Shown here: in pieces, positions 14,784-27,985 of the stretch | How the letters are laid out: the number at the start of each line of letters is the position of its first letter | Numbering within the stretch: the stretch's first letter is position 1 | Source: Octopus sinensis | Taxonomy: Eukaryota | Direction: 5' to 3' | Assembly (NCBI RefSeq): GCF_006345805.1 | Contig: NC_042999.1 | Location: 33,418,001 to 33,482,000 of the forward strand | DNA: 64,000 bases | The notes under the pieces: model-generated | Database searches by the model: none | What the model was told of the DNA's origin: nothing | Seen by the model: only the letters and a program-made list of their open reading frames with translations | Position numbers and translations under genes: made by a program

Positions 14784-15801
14784 ATTAACGTTTATTAATG
14801 ATTATTATATTATAGCGTTCCCTCTTGCAAATATCCGACATTGAGGATCTTCAATCAGGGGTAACACGCTTACTTAACAATGATGAGTTGGATACGCTCA
14901 CTTGCACCGCAATACTTACGCGCATGACTCGAATGAAAAATTAAAAATTAGTTGTATACTTTTCTCAACGCATACCTAACATATTTTATGTTTGACTGAT
15001 GAAAAGTGCTCCGCACAGTTAATGTCTTATTGATGAATTTCCCAGGCCCCTGTGCATATTTTCCGAGGGTTATCATAAGGAAGACATACATTTAAATATA
15101 ATCACATACAGTGAGTACGATTAAAACTCTCAGATTTAGAACTGTTTGCCAAAAGATGTAACATACATACGTTCTCGCTCTCTCTCTCTCTCTCTCACTC
15201 TCTGTCAAGTTCTTCTACTCTCTCAGTTATCACACTTTGGAAAAATTTGCATCCTTGTAATTACTAACAATATCTTCGCAAATGAAAATGACCTGCAACG
15301 CAGAACTGGACACATCTAGATAGACGATCTAAGTTGATAATTTCAATTTATTTCTGTCCTGAATTGTTGTCTTTTTAACGTTCTTAGATAAAGAAAACGT
15401 CTGGTGAGCATCCACTTTATCTAATGTAACCCGCTAAACAGGTTCCCGGAACACTGTTATAGCAGAATGCATATCTCTATCATTTGCACTGTGATACCAT
15501 GATGCAGAAGTAAAAATATTAATGATAGTGTGGAACTGAGAAATATATTCCATCAATAAATCTCAGAATAGATATTACGATACGCAGTCTAACCTGAATT
15601 ATTGCATCGAGTAAGTGTGTACTACAAAAAGGAAGATTCCGTTCAAAATATTTTATTTGAGTAAAATGATTCACCAAGTTTAATATTATTTTCCACCAAA
15701 GTACTAAACGTAATTTTACACAGAGTTACACATATCCCGGTCTTTGTCAATTAATTAGCTACAATAACACGGAAACCAGACACACACACACACACACACA
15801 T

Positions 15802-15888
<87 letters not shown>

Positions 15889-16092
15889 CTGAAAAAAGGT
15901 TACCTGAATTTTGGAAAAATCTTTTTATTTCTTCATTATTAGCACTTTCGTTCGTTTCTTGTTCATTTATATAAACATGTATTGGGGGAGGTTGTTTAGA
16001 AGACAACATCGTTTTTGTCTTTTGGGGTAAGGTTATATGACAATGGAGATAGATAGATGGAAAGATTGCTAGGTAAATAGGTCGATAGATGG

Positions 16093-16267
<175 letters not shown>

Positions 16268-16299
16268 AAGGGAGATGGCCTGAGAGAATGGCGATTCAC

Positions 16300-18330
16300 C
16301 TTCCTATTCACCATTCATTTATTTATTTAGTCATTTACCATTGTATTGGAATGGGTTTAAAAATGGTGACCTCTTCCAAAACAAATGTGTAGTGCAGTCA
16401 TCAATTAAAGTCTTTTTGCTTTCTTTTCTCACCCTTCTTCCTTTCTTTCTTTTATCTTTTCTCCTCTTTTTCTCCTCTTTCCTTCTTTTGTCCTCTTACT
16501 TTCTTTTTCTCTTTCAGTTATACTTAGAATACATAATGTACTGTCTCCGCTTTTCTTTCAAACATACAATTTTGAAGAGAACTTTTTGATTAAATGTAGT
16601 TCTGAAAATTTGTAGAGATGAGCCAGATTTGGAATAAAAAATGCAAACTCTCCGCGTTACTTCTAAACATTCAATTTTGGAGAGAATCCTTCGATGAAAT
16701 GTGTGTCTGTATTTGTGTTTGTTTGTTTTGAAATAAGTCCATGTTTATAGTGTGTAACTCCGAAGTTTTCCATTGAAAAAACAAACTCTCGCTTCTTACA
16801 ATTTCATGTGTTTGCATTAGAAAACATTAGCATAACATTTACAAACCAAAAGAAAGCTCAGAACACCTCAATGCCACACATACACAACTGAATATTTAGA
16901 GAGATGAACGTTATGTTTCTGATATCTGAGTTATATTTAGAATACAAACGGTACTGTCTCTGCTTTTCTTCCAACCATTCAATTTTTCATGAAATGTAGT
17001 TCCATTGCTTCTCGGTATCGAGAGAGACATTTTGAATTTTCCAGATGCTTACTTAATTGAATCTTGCGTAATTCCTCGTGTCGGATATGTTGCCTGTGGA
17101 TACTTGCACGTTGGCAGAGGGAATTATTTGTTTCGCTAATGCAATCTTGCCCATATAATGCATTACATGCCCAAATTGCAATCTTTGCAGATTGGACAGG
17201 AAATGCAGTATATGAGGTTTTGCGTTTTGCAGTTCATATCTGCATTTATCTTGAAAACGGATCCGCTCTTGTATTTTATGAGAGAACCACTTTCTAAGTA
17301 TTTAAAGTTGATGTTGTTGTTGTTGCATGTTCCACATCTATCTCCACATTCTTTTACTAAGAATTCTTATTCATTCTCTGATTTGAATTCTGCGCTTGTG
17401 AGGTACTTTTTTAAATACTTTTGGTTAGCATCTACTATTCCCTAAGGTGATATTTTTTCAATCAGAGTTTTCTTTTTGGGGCTTTATAGAATTATAGGTA
17501 AGTTCGATTTTACGACGTTAAAGATGTTGATTTTTCCTGGACTATGTGTGTCAACGAACAGAATCGTGTTTTCATTAACCTTTTCCTTATGTATCACTAG
17601 TTGGGTGATGCTTAATTTCATCGCTTTTATTACCTAATTTCTGCATTGTGAGGAAGCTTTTGAGTTCATTGAGTCAGATTTCACGTATTCTGGGGTAAGT
17701 TACTATAGCACAGATGTGTCTTGCCATGCTGTATGTGATGTTTTTTTTTTGTTGTGTGATGGATGGCAAGAGTAGAAATTTAAATATTGGTGTGTGTCAG
17801 TTTTTTGGTAGAAATATGCCTGTTGTAGCTGTGGAGTTCAGTATTTTTATGTGGATATCCAGGAATGGTAGTTCATTGCAGCTGGATTCTGTCGTGAATT
17901 TGATGGATGGGTGAATTGTGTTCAGTACATTGTTAAATATACTTAAAACGTCGTTCGATCTGTCCCAGAAGATAAATCAAACATGAAGGAAGCGTTTTCA
18001 AGTTTTAATGATATATTTCCTGCACTCCTGATCAAGAGTTTTTCTACTTCCTAATAAAGATTTTCTTCCAAGTATCCCATAATTAATTTGCAAATGAAGG
18101 CGCAAGCCGCCAGGAAAAAGAAAGAAGGAAGGGGGAAAAGAGAGAAAGAATGCAAAAGGATTTTCAGTGACGACCACACCACACTTTTATTTTGAAGAGG
18201 TCGCCATCTTTCAACCTATTCCAATACAATGGTAAATGACTAAATAAACAAATAGATGGTGAAAAGAGGGGAATTCTCCTTTCTCTCCCTTCTCTTCCAC
18301 TCTATCTCTCCGTCTGACTATCTATCTATA
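16300..18330 (-). mobile_element. 5'-truncated Penelope-like element (RT C-half plus GIY-YIG) with inverted pLTRs
   Basis: Minus strand gives APSFANLIMGYLEE, KRFL..IFW..LNTIHPSIKFT..LPFLD, THQYLNFYSCHP, CGDRCGTC, CKTQNLIYCISCPIC, HRQHI; 16309-16460 is the reverse complement of about 18110-18265. Confidence 0.88.
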
Positions 18331-18629
18331 TAATTATCTATCTATTTATATATTTATCTATCGTTCAACCTATCTACCTACCTATGGTTCTATCTCTCTA
18401 TCTCCAGTGGCATGGAACCTCACACCAAACCCACAGCCCCACCAAAAAATATCTGTTTTATATAAATGAACAAGCTGTTTGTACATTCACAAAATTCTAT
18501 TTGACAAGCTCGAGAAATGAAAAAAAAACGCTAGTAATAATGAAGAAATAAAAATATGTTTTTCCCAAAATTCTGGCGATCTTTGTTCTCAGTATTCAAT
18601 TCCTGTACACCACACCTAACACACACACA

Positions 18630-18710
<81 letters not shown>

Positions 18711-18711
<1 letters not shown>

Positions 18712-19007
18712 CATGTGACCGACCAGTCCATCAGATGTAGTTACACATCGCTGGTCACAATGCGTTTTCATTGTTTTAGCCTTCGAATGACGCCACCCCG
18801 CTGGCTAAGCGAGCAGGCCAACAGAAGAAATAGAGGGAGAAAGAGTGGTGAAAGAGTACAGCAGGAATCACCACCCCTGCTGGTGCCTCGTGGAGGTTTT
18901 AGGTGTTTTCGCTCAATAAACACTCACAACGCCCGGTCTGGGAATCGAAACCGCGACCCTACGACCGTGAGTCCGCTGCCCTAACCACTGGGCCATTGCA
19001 CCTCCAC
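18711..19007 (-). mobile_element. tRNA-derived SINE family A, tail type 2
   Basis: Head GTGGAGGTGCAATGGCCCAGTGGTTAGG (A box) and GTTTCGATTCC (B box); body shared with 43222 and 54540. Confidence 0.9.
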
Positions 19008-19050
19008 ATATATATATATATATATATATATCCAATATTCTACTCTTTAT

Positions 19051-19907
19051 ATCCTTTCTACTATAGGCACAAGGCCTGAAATTTAGGGAAAGGGGATCAG
19101 TTGATTACATCGAATCCAGTGCGTAACTAGTACTTATTTCACCGATCCCGAAAGGATGAAATTCAAAGTTGACCTCAGCGAAAATTGAACTCAGAATGTA
19201 AACACCAACGAAATACCTATTTCTTTACCACTCACAAGGGGCTAAACACAGAGAGGACAATCAAGGGCAGCCAAACAGATGAAGTCGATGATATCGACCC
19301 CAGTGCGTAACTGGTACTTATTTAATCGACCCCAACATGATGAAATGGAAAGTCGACCACGGTGGAATTTGAACTCAGAACGTAACGGCAGACGAAATAC
19401 GGCTACGCATTTCGCCTGGCGTTCTAACGTTTCTGCCAGTTAGTCGACCTCGGCGGAATTTAAACTCAGAACGCAAAGACAGACAAAATACATATTTTTT
19501 TATTACCCACAATGGGCTATACACAGAGAGGACAAACAAGGACAGACAAACGGATCGAGTCGATTACATTGACCCCAGTGCGTAACTGATGCTTAATTTA
19601 TCGACCCCGAAAGGATGAAAGGCAAAGTCGACTTCGGCGGAATTTGAACTCAGAACGCAATGGCAGACGAAATACCTATTTCTTTATTACCCACAAGGGG
19701 CTAAACACAGAGGAGACAAATAAGGACAGACAGACGGATTAAGTCGATTATATCGACCCCATTGCGTAACTGGTACTTAATTTATCGACCCCGAAAGGTT
19801 AAAAGGCAAAGTCGACCTCGGCGGAAATTGAACTCAGAACGTAAACACGGACGAAATACCGTTGAGCATTTCACCCAGCGTGCTAAGGATTCTGCCGGCT
19901 CGCTACC
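19051..19907 (-). mobile_element. SINE family B, head-to-tail dimer with five internal ~184-bp units
   Basis: AATTTGAACTCAGAAC-type motif recurs at about 19185, 19367, 19458, 19642 and 19827; two heads, at about 19400-19440 and 19865-19907. Confidence 0.88.
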
Positions 19908-22213
19908 TTTTCTACCCCTTATATCGACGTTCAGGTGATGGTAACTTGGCTGAGCAGGGCATAACACTTAACAAAATTAAGAACTTATATCAACTGATCA
20001 CTAAAATTGTTAAAATTCTTCAAGAAGCAAAATTAGCCATACTTATACTAGTTGTAAAGATGCCTTTGCAATAACCAGCATGTGTATTTTTTATCATTGC
20101 ATCTTCTTGCATCAGGTGAACATTTCACTTTAGGTTGCACATTAAAACCTGATGTTTTTCATGTAAATGATCACTAAAAAAATGCTCGTGTTACTAAAAG
20201 TTGAAAACGTAAATGTGTTAACGCGATCTGAGATTGTCGTGGTATCATATCCGAAGAAATAATGCCAACATACTTGAAATTTGAGACATCAGTTGCCAAA
20301 AAGACATATAGCACTACACAGACAGAAAACAATGAAGAGACACCTTTAATTTTATACGAGGCATATTTTGTTTGCAAGATAAAAAAAAAGTATCACGTGA
20401 GTGGCAAAATATTCACCTTATTTTATTAAAAATACACTTAGCAATTTGTACCTAAACCTGATTATTTCCGACACACACTATGGATTACTGGTAGGTGTTT
20501 CAAAGATCTCAAAAAGCACAATAGCAAGTTCTTATACGATTACAGTGAAACACAGCACGTGTGTCGATGAAATATTTCTCACTGTTATTTACCGTATCGT
20601 TAAATTTCCTATTATCTTTCTCTTTGTTAGGATCTTCAAAATATGACAGCGGTATCGTTCAATATGTGAAAATCAATATGGTTTCAATCTACTCTGTATT
20701 GCCGAAAAAAATTGCAAAAAGTCTTCTTTATAAACTGCATGAATGGTATTGCAGAACACACACTTCTAAAAGCTAAAGTAGCTGTAGTGCAGAACGGTTA
20801 ATATCACATTTTCATTTTCGTTAGCATTATAACGTGGTCAGATCCATATCTTTCTATATACAGGATTTAAATGACCTTTGCTTATTCGGGACCTCATGGT
20901 GTTCTGTAAAAGTTCTAATATAACCTTCGTGTGTCCGCCTAAGATTTGTCAATACGCTTCATGTGTATATGAACAAACAGTCTGAAAGTAAAAGTTTCTC
21001 TAACTTATCCTACTGAAACTGGTATTATTAAAGGTGATGCACATGCTGCTATCGAGTGTAATTAATATTTTGCAATTTGCTGCGAAAATACCAATCGGTG
21101 ACTCAATATAACTTAGGTATTATATCCTACAATTCAATATTAGGATCGGAGAACACATTCTTAATGCTTTGCATTCAAACTCAGATGTATACGGGTATGT
21201 TTCAGGAAGAATAGTATTGTAACTAATGATGTACTAAACACATATTAGAATTGCTTATTATCAAGTGATATAATTGTTAGAAATTTACAGTCATAGATGT
21301 TGCATAAGCCATAGGAGATAATTTTATTGGCCATAATATACTAATAAATATCTACAGACTATTTCATACAAGTGTAAACATTTTAGTTCTTTATAATCTA
21401 GTTAAGAAACATCATTACATATGCAATTTTGCAAACCAAAATGACAAATTAAACATGATTCTAAGAAACTACATGTGTCGTAACCGCATAAAGTAAGGTA
21501 AGTATAGGGTAAATTTGTAGACATAATTTATTCGTATCTTCAGGATCGTACTCTTCATTGGCTCTCGGCGTTGGAAATACAGAAATACGTTATATTCAAG
21601 GTTCTATACTCCTACACATAGAACATCAGTGTCAACCCATGATAACATTTGACAAAGGTTATTCAAAAGTTATTACTTACGACAACATTTATTTATCATT
21701 ACGCAGTAAAATTATTAAATTGCATTCAAGCAACTTCAGCAAATAATTGCTTTCCTTTTGAAACGATTCCTTATAATTTTTATGGTTGCAATGCCTTTTT
21801 AGAAGCATTGCTACCACCAGAATTTAGTTATGACAAAGAGCATTTGCAACATTTGTGTAAGAAAAGAAAAGGCTAGATGACCTAAGGTGTTATGTATGTT
21901 CTCAGTACCCTACATGTACAAACATGTCTGTGTGCTAAGTAGGTAATTATAAGGGGTTCTCTGAGCATACATAGCATCTTAGTTCAATTAACGTTTCTTT
22001 ACCCTATACGAATGTTTGAAAACAGTTTGCAGTACGATGAAATATGTACATATGTCGTATACAATTTATAACTGACCTGTCGGTTTCGGCACTGAACAAT
22101 TAATTGCTTGAAGGACTAAGCTTTTGGGTAAATTCATTGGTATGTGTTGTGTAGTTTGGTCTTTTGAAACGTTTTATTTATAGTATTAGCGCACATCCAT
22201 ACACATATATTAT

Positions 22214-22247
<34 letters not shown>

Positions 22248-22308
22248 ATCATTATTATTATCATTATTAATATTATCGTTGTTGTTGTTGTTGTTATTGT
22301 TATTATTA

Positions 22309-22355
<47 letters not shown>
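22214..22355. repeat. Compound (TTG)n/(ATT)n microsatellite
   Basis: Direct reading. Confidence 0.95.
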
Positions 22356-22565
22356 TTTATTTAACACAAACGTTTGCGAGGTTCTAGCAGAAACCAATGT
22401 CTTTGAGGCTTAGATTAAATTTATATGCAGACAGACATACTACTTAAATAATGGAACTCCAGACACAATATCCTTACGTATCTTACGTCTGTTTTCATTC
22501 CTCCACTTCACTCTGTATTTCATATCTTTTCTATAATAACTATTATTTAAACTTTTTCTCTCACC

Positions 22566-22613
22566 GTCTCTGATGAAGGGATATATAAAATATCACGGAA
22601 ACAGCTGTAAGAC
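22566..22613 (+). ncRNA. Minimal type I hammerhead ribozyme motif
   Basis: GTCT-CTGATGA-a-gggatat-ataa-aatatcac-g-GAAA-CAGCTG-TA-AGAC: stem I GTCT/AGAC, palindromic stem III, GUA cleavage triplet; stem II imperfect. Confidence 0.72.
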
Positions 22614-22829
22614 CTGTTTATAAATCTTCTGAAAACTATTCACACCCTTGGATATTTTATCTCATTCTGTTAATTTATATATATACCCGGTAAGTAGGTA
22701 AATAGGTAAATGTAGTTAGGTAGGTAGGTAGGTATAGCCGTAGGTATGTAGAGCGGTAGGTATGTAGGAAGGTTGATAGAAAGGTAAATAAATAAGATGG
22801 ATATAGGGATATGTTAATAAATGTATTCT

Positions 22830-23015
22830 TTTATCTGTTTCAGTCATTTGAATGCGACCATGCCTTCACTTGAAAAAAGAACTTCAGAACTTACTCCCTG
22901 TAAGCCTAATACTTAACTCATCCAACTTTGTTTCCGAACCACTAAGTTTGAGGAACGTAACACACCGACATCGACTGGAAATCGTTGGTTGAGGAACAAA
23001 CACAGGCACTCATGT
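22830..23015 (-). mobile_element. SINE family C, 3' fragment
   Basis: tgtttcagtcatttga...cctaatactta...ccgaaccactaag...ggaacgtaacacacc aligns to 23520-23700. Confidence 0.7.
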
Positions 23016-23020
23016 TCATA

Positions 23021-23057
<37 letters not shown>

Positions 23058-23077
23058 TCTACATTTAAACACATTAG

Positions 23078-23363
23078 AGGTAACCATCATAAGAAACCTA
23101 CCACGCTAGAGGGGGGAATAGCAAAAATCCAGACCAGTATTAGGAATAAATTTCGAAGAGAATGAAAAATATAAAAAAACATTTACTATCTATCCGACGG
23201 ATCATGGTTCCTAGCTCTATAGTAGCAAATAAAATAAACACATGCTTATATGTTTAATCTTGACGTATCTGCTGGCAATTCTCTAATAGTGATCTGGATC
23301 CGTAATAGTGGTTTGGATTTTGGTTATTTCTTCTAGCGTGCTAGGTTTCCTATGATAGTTCCT
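23078..23363. mobile_element. MITE-like foldback with ~62-bp imperfect TIRs
   Basis: aggtaaccatcataagaaacctaccacgctag...ccagtatta versus the reverse complement of taatagtgg...ctagcgtgctaggtttcctatgatagttcct. Confidence 0.7.
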
Positions 23364-23511
23364 TCTTAAAATGTATTTATGTGAGTTTATGTATTTATGT
23401 GAAAAATATATAGTCTATTGCCTATTTTTCTACACGCTAGGCCACTGGTAGAAAAAATTTGAAAATGTTGTTCTTACCCTCATACTATTAAATATATATA
23501 TATATATATAT

Positions 23512-23882
23512 ATTTTCTCTCTTTACTTGTTTCAGTCATTTGACTGCAGCCATGCTGGAGCACCGCCTTTAGTCGAGCAAATCGACCCCGGGACTTATTC
23601 TTTGTAAGCCCAGTACTTATTCTATCGGTCTCTTTTTGCCGAACCGCTAAGTGACGGGGACGTAAACACACCACCATCGATTGTCAAGCAATGCTAGGGG
23701 GACAAACACACACACACACATATATACGACAGGCTTCTTTCAGTTTCCATCTACCAAATCCACTCACAAGGCTTTGGTCGGCCCGGGGCTATAGTAGAAG
23801 ACACTTGCCCAAGATGCCACGCAGTGGGACTGAACCCGGAACCATGTGGTTGGTTAGCAAGCTACTTACCACACAGCCACTC
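23512..23882 (-). mobile_element. tRNA-derived SINE family C, full length
   Basis: Minus-strand head GTGGCTGTGTGGTAAG (A box) and GGGTTCAGTCCC (B box), CORE-like CTTGGGCAAGTGTCTT, internal (TG)n, tail shared with several copies. Confidence 0.9.
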
Positions 23883-23903
23883 CTGCATACATATATATAT
23901 ATA

Positions 23904-25521
23904 CAGTTGCGGCCAAAATGTTCAGAACGGCATTGTTTTCATCAGAAAAGTAGGTATAAGTTTTTATCAAAGTTTTTTATATTCTATAATTTTCACAGAC
24001 AATAAATACGCTATGATTTGTTACTGTCTGAGGTTTTAGTGTAATTTGAGAGGATAATACAAAAGTTATGGATGATTTAGTGATTTACTGTAAAACCCAT
24101 GGCAGCCAAAATGATCAGAACGGTTACTTTTACGCCGCGTTTTAGTATATTTAATCAGTGAAGTCTAATGTTTTCAATTTGTTTACATGACGGTTCATTT
24201 ACTAAACATTAGTAGGAATATCTGCAGTGTACTTAGTTAATATAATGCCACTTACTCCATTAACAATTCGTCAGCAGATTATTAAGCTTCGAAAGAAGGA
24301 TAATTTAAGTATTAGGTCTATTGCAAAGATTGTTAACAAGTCAAAAAGTGTTGTTCACAGTATTTTTAAGGTCTACGATGATTGTGATTTGTGTGAAGTA
24401 AGAAAGTCTACAGGTAGGCCAAGAAAAACGACCAAGAGAGAAGATCGTGCTACGGTAAAGTTGGTTAAAAAGGACATATTTAAAACTGCTGCTGCTGTTA
24501 CTCGGAAAATGAGCAGTGTACTGAAGAAAACTTTATCTCGAAAAACTGTGTCTCGTCATTTAGTTGAACATGACCTACAAGCAAGAGCACCTGCAGTGAA
24601 GCCACTGATCAGCTCCAAGAATAAAAAGTGTCGTCTTACCTTTGCAACCGAACACGTGTTGTGGTCTCAAGAAAAATGGCAAACGGTGCATTTCAGTGAT
24701 GAAGCTAAGTGTATGTTATTTGGCTCAGATAGGAAAAGGTACGTTCGTCGAAAAGTAGGTGAAAAATCGCCATAAGACAAGTGTAAAATTCGGTGGAGGA
24801 AGTGTCATGGTTTGAGGGAAGATATCTGGAGATGGTGTGGGCCCTTCGGCGCGATTACATGGAAAGATAAATACAGGAGTTTATAAACAACTTGTAAAAG
24901 ATCATGTCTTGCCTGTGCTGAGAAATTCAACTAAGCGACCACCCATATTCATGCAGGACAATGCCCCATGTCACAAGACTAAGGTGGTCATGAACTTCCT
25001 CAAGGCTGAAAAGGTTATTGTTATGGATTGGCCTGCCCAAAGACCAGATCTCAATCCTATTGAAAATGTGTGGAATATTCTAGGAGAACGTTCGAAAGCC
25101 AGAAATCCTAAAACAACCGAGCAATTATGGAATGACCTTCAGGAAGAATGGAATAAGATCACCCGGCAAGAAATTGAAAATTTAATTTCCTCATGCAGTC
25201 AAAGATGTTAAAATGCGATTGAAGCTAAAGGGCTTCACACTAAATATTAAATAATACCAGTATTCTCTGTCATTTTGGATTATTTTGTTATTTTTTAAAC
25301 CGTTCTGATCATTTTGTTCGCCATGGATTTTGCAGTAAATCCCTAAATTATCCATAACTTTTGTATTATCCTCTCAAATTACACCAAAACCCCAGACAAT
25401 AACAACTAATATTGTATTTATTGTCTGTGAAAATTATAGAATTTAAAACAACTTTGATAAAAAACTTATATTTACTTTTCTGACGAAAACAATGCCGTTG
25501 AAAACATTTTGGCCGCAACTG
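23904..25521 (+). mobile_element. Full-length Tc1-family IR/DR transposon, 1618 bp
   Basis: TA|CAGTTGCGGCCAAAATG ... CATTTTGGCCGCAACTG|TA; ~220-bp TIRs carrying outer and inner GCCAAAATG(T/A)TCAGAACGG repeats. Confidence 0.97.
24245..25250 (+). pseudogene. Tc1 DD34E transposase, disrupted
   Basis: HTH region, GRPRKTT, HFSDEAK, MQDNAPCH...PDLNPIE (D-34-E); frameshift near 24770, TGA at the conserved W near 24812, TAA at 25209. Confidence 0.95.
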
Positions 25522-25955
25522 TATATATAATTGTATAATGATATAATATTATATATAATATTTGTTAACGAACGCGGAAGGCTTTGTAAGTTACAGAGAG
25601 AAAGCTACTATGGAAGACTCATAGTATAATGATAATTTTATAAGAATATATCATAATAATATTTTATTCTTCGATTTGAAGCGACAATGTAAAAATACAA
25701 AGCAATGAACGAAATATGATGATATAACCCCAGCCAGAATCGAACCCACAATTCAACGCTAACACGGCTCTTTGTGCATTCGATTTGGCCAAACCCTCAC
25801 CCATCAATTTCAGCCAAATTTAGTTAATATATATTTAAACTGTCTAATACTATATGTAATATTTTTAAACACGCGCTAAACGATTTGAAAGTTGCGGAGA
25901 GATAGCTACTATGGAAGGCTTATAGTATTGAAGTTAACAAGCATTAAGCATAGCC

Positions 25956-26310
25956 GCAGTAATGGCTGTGTGGTAAGTAGCTTGATTACCAACCACATGA
26001 TTCTGAGTTCAGTCCCACTGCGTAGCAACTTGGGCAAGTATTTTCTGCTATAGCCTCGCGCCGACCAAAACTTGTGATTGGATTTGGTAGACGGAAACTA
26101 AGCGAACCCCGTCGTATATATGTGTGTGTTTCTTCACGCGCCATGTCTTTGCAACATATGTTGTGAGTCTACGTCTCCGTCTCTCCGTAACTTAGTAGTT
26201 CAGCAAAAGTGACGGATACTATAAGTACCAAGCTTACAAAGAATTTGTTCTGGTGTCGATTTGTATGACTAAAGTTAGTGCGACAGCATCGCTCCAGTGA
26301 AATTACTGAA
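25956..26310 (+). mobile_element. SINE family C
   Basis: ATGGCTGTGTGGTAAGTAG...GAGTTCAGTCCCACTGCG...TTGGGCAAG head and matching tail. Confidence 0.85.
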
Positions 26311-26387
26311 ACAAATAAATAAGTAAATATATCTATATCTATCTATTTACCTATCTATCAATGTATATATATATATATATATATATA

Positions 26388-26548
26388 TAGGACGGGCTTC
26401 TTTCAGTTTCCGTCTGCCAGAACCACACACAAGGCTTTCATCGGCACAAGGCTATAGTAGGATGGACCCGACCAAGTTGCCACGCAGTGCGACTGAATCA
26501 TCCAGTAGAGAAGTAAGGTTCTTACCATACACCCACCCCTGCGCCTAT
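26388..26548 (-). mobile_element. SINE family C, 5' half
   Basis: gacgggcttctttcagtttccgtc...ccacgcagtgcgactgaa...cttaccatac aligns to 23728-23880. Confidence 0.8.
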
Positions 26549-26584
26549 GTGTACACATAATTACATACGTACATATGTCTGTGT

Positions 26585-26786
<202 letters not shown>

Positions 26787-27774
26787 TGCATGTGTGTATG
26801 TCGTTTAGCTACCAGAGTTCTGTATTGTAAATATAAACCGCACACATCAATAGTAGTTCGTTTCCTATGATTATTATCGATGACGAACTTAACTAATTAT
26901 CTAATCAGTTTTGTGATTAATCGTTTGATCAGTTGGCAATTTCCTACGAATATTGCCTCTGTACACTCGATTAGGCGTTCTCGCAGATGAAACAGATGAT
27001 TACTTGTTCAAACAAATATTATGGAACAATTAAACCGCTAAATCGCTAAGAAGGTGACAGTAATAACTATTGTATACATAGAAACAAAAAAAAAACAAGG
27101 AATTTAGAGATGGAGAGGGAGATATTTGATTGAATCGACCTCCATAATTAACTGGTATTTTGTTCTATCCGTGAAAGGCATCTCGAAATGACCTCTCGGG
27201 ATTGTTCAACTGTTATATTTAAATTATCACTCAAGATATTTGAAAACATGTCATGTAGTCAAAGTAGCAGTAGATGTGTCTCATCAATCACTTCGTAGAT
27301 ATTTTACATCTTCTTCACTACTGAATAATTTTCACTCTTCACTGATAATAAGAATAGAAAAACGATCAATATAGGTCGATTTGTAGGCCAAATGACTTTC
27401 ACGAAGTTCAGCAACGTCATATAACAACACACGGTTTCATAAAATGCTTGCAAGCAAAATTTGAAATTTTGAAACGACATAAGTTTATGAATATGCAAAT
27501 ACATGTGTGTGTATGTCTGTGTGTATGTATGTTTTTACATATGTGTATGTGTATGCGTGTGTGTGTTAGGGAGAACATCCTCAGTAGATATACAAACATA
27601 TCTAACTTACCTACTTCTCGGTACATAGAACAGAAATATTTACAACAAATCCGTTCATACATACGTCAGATCTATTAAACCCAGAAGATTGTAACTATTA
27701 ATTTGCATAGTATAAAGTATTGCGAACCAACCAAGGAAATTTAACATGTAGTAATGTTGGGACATATATTCTTT

Positions 27775-27985
27775 CCTACTCTAAGCAAAAGGCCAGAATT
27801 TTGGAGGAGTGCCCCAGTCGATTAGATCGACCCCAGTATGCCATTGGTACTTAATCTATTGATCCTGAAAGGATGAAAGGCAAAGTCGACCTCAGCGGAA
27901 TTTGAACTCAGAACATAAAAACAGATGATGTATCGCTAAGCATTTTGTCCGGCGTGCGAACATTTCTGCCAGCTCACCGCCTTTA
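27775..27985 (-). mobile_element. SINE family B, single unit
   Basis: Head GGCGGTGAGCTGGCAGAAATG on minus strand; gtcgacctcagcggaatttgaactcagaac body; tail as at 19051. Confidence 0.88.

Noticed and set aside
18160-18215. Hammerhead in the inverted pLTR (TGACGACC...GGTCG)
   Set aside because: No GAAA or stem III in either copy.
19051-19907. CRISPR-like repeat array
   Set aside because: Units are ~184-bp SINE-internal duplications without unique spacers, in a eukaryotic context with no cas genes.
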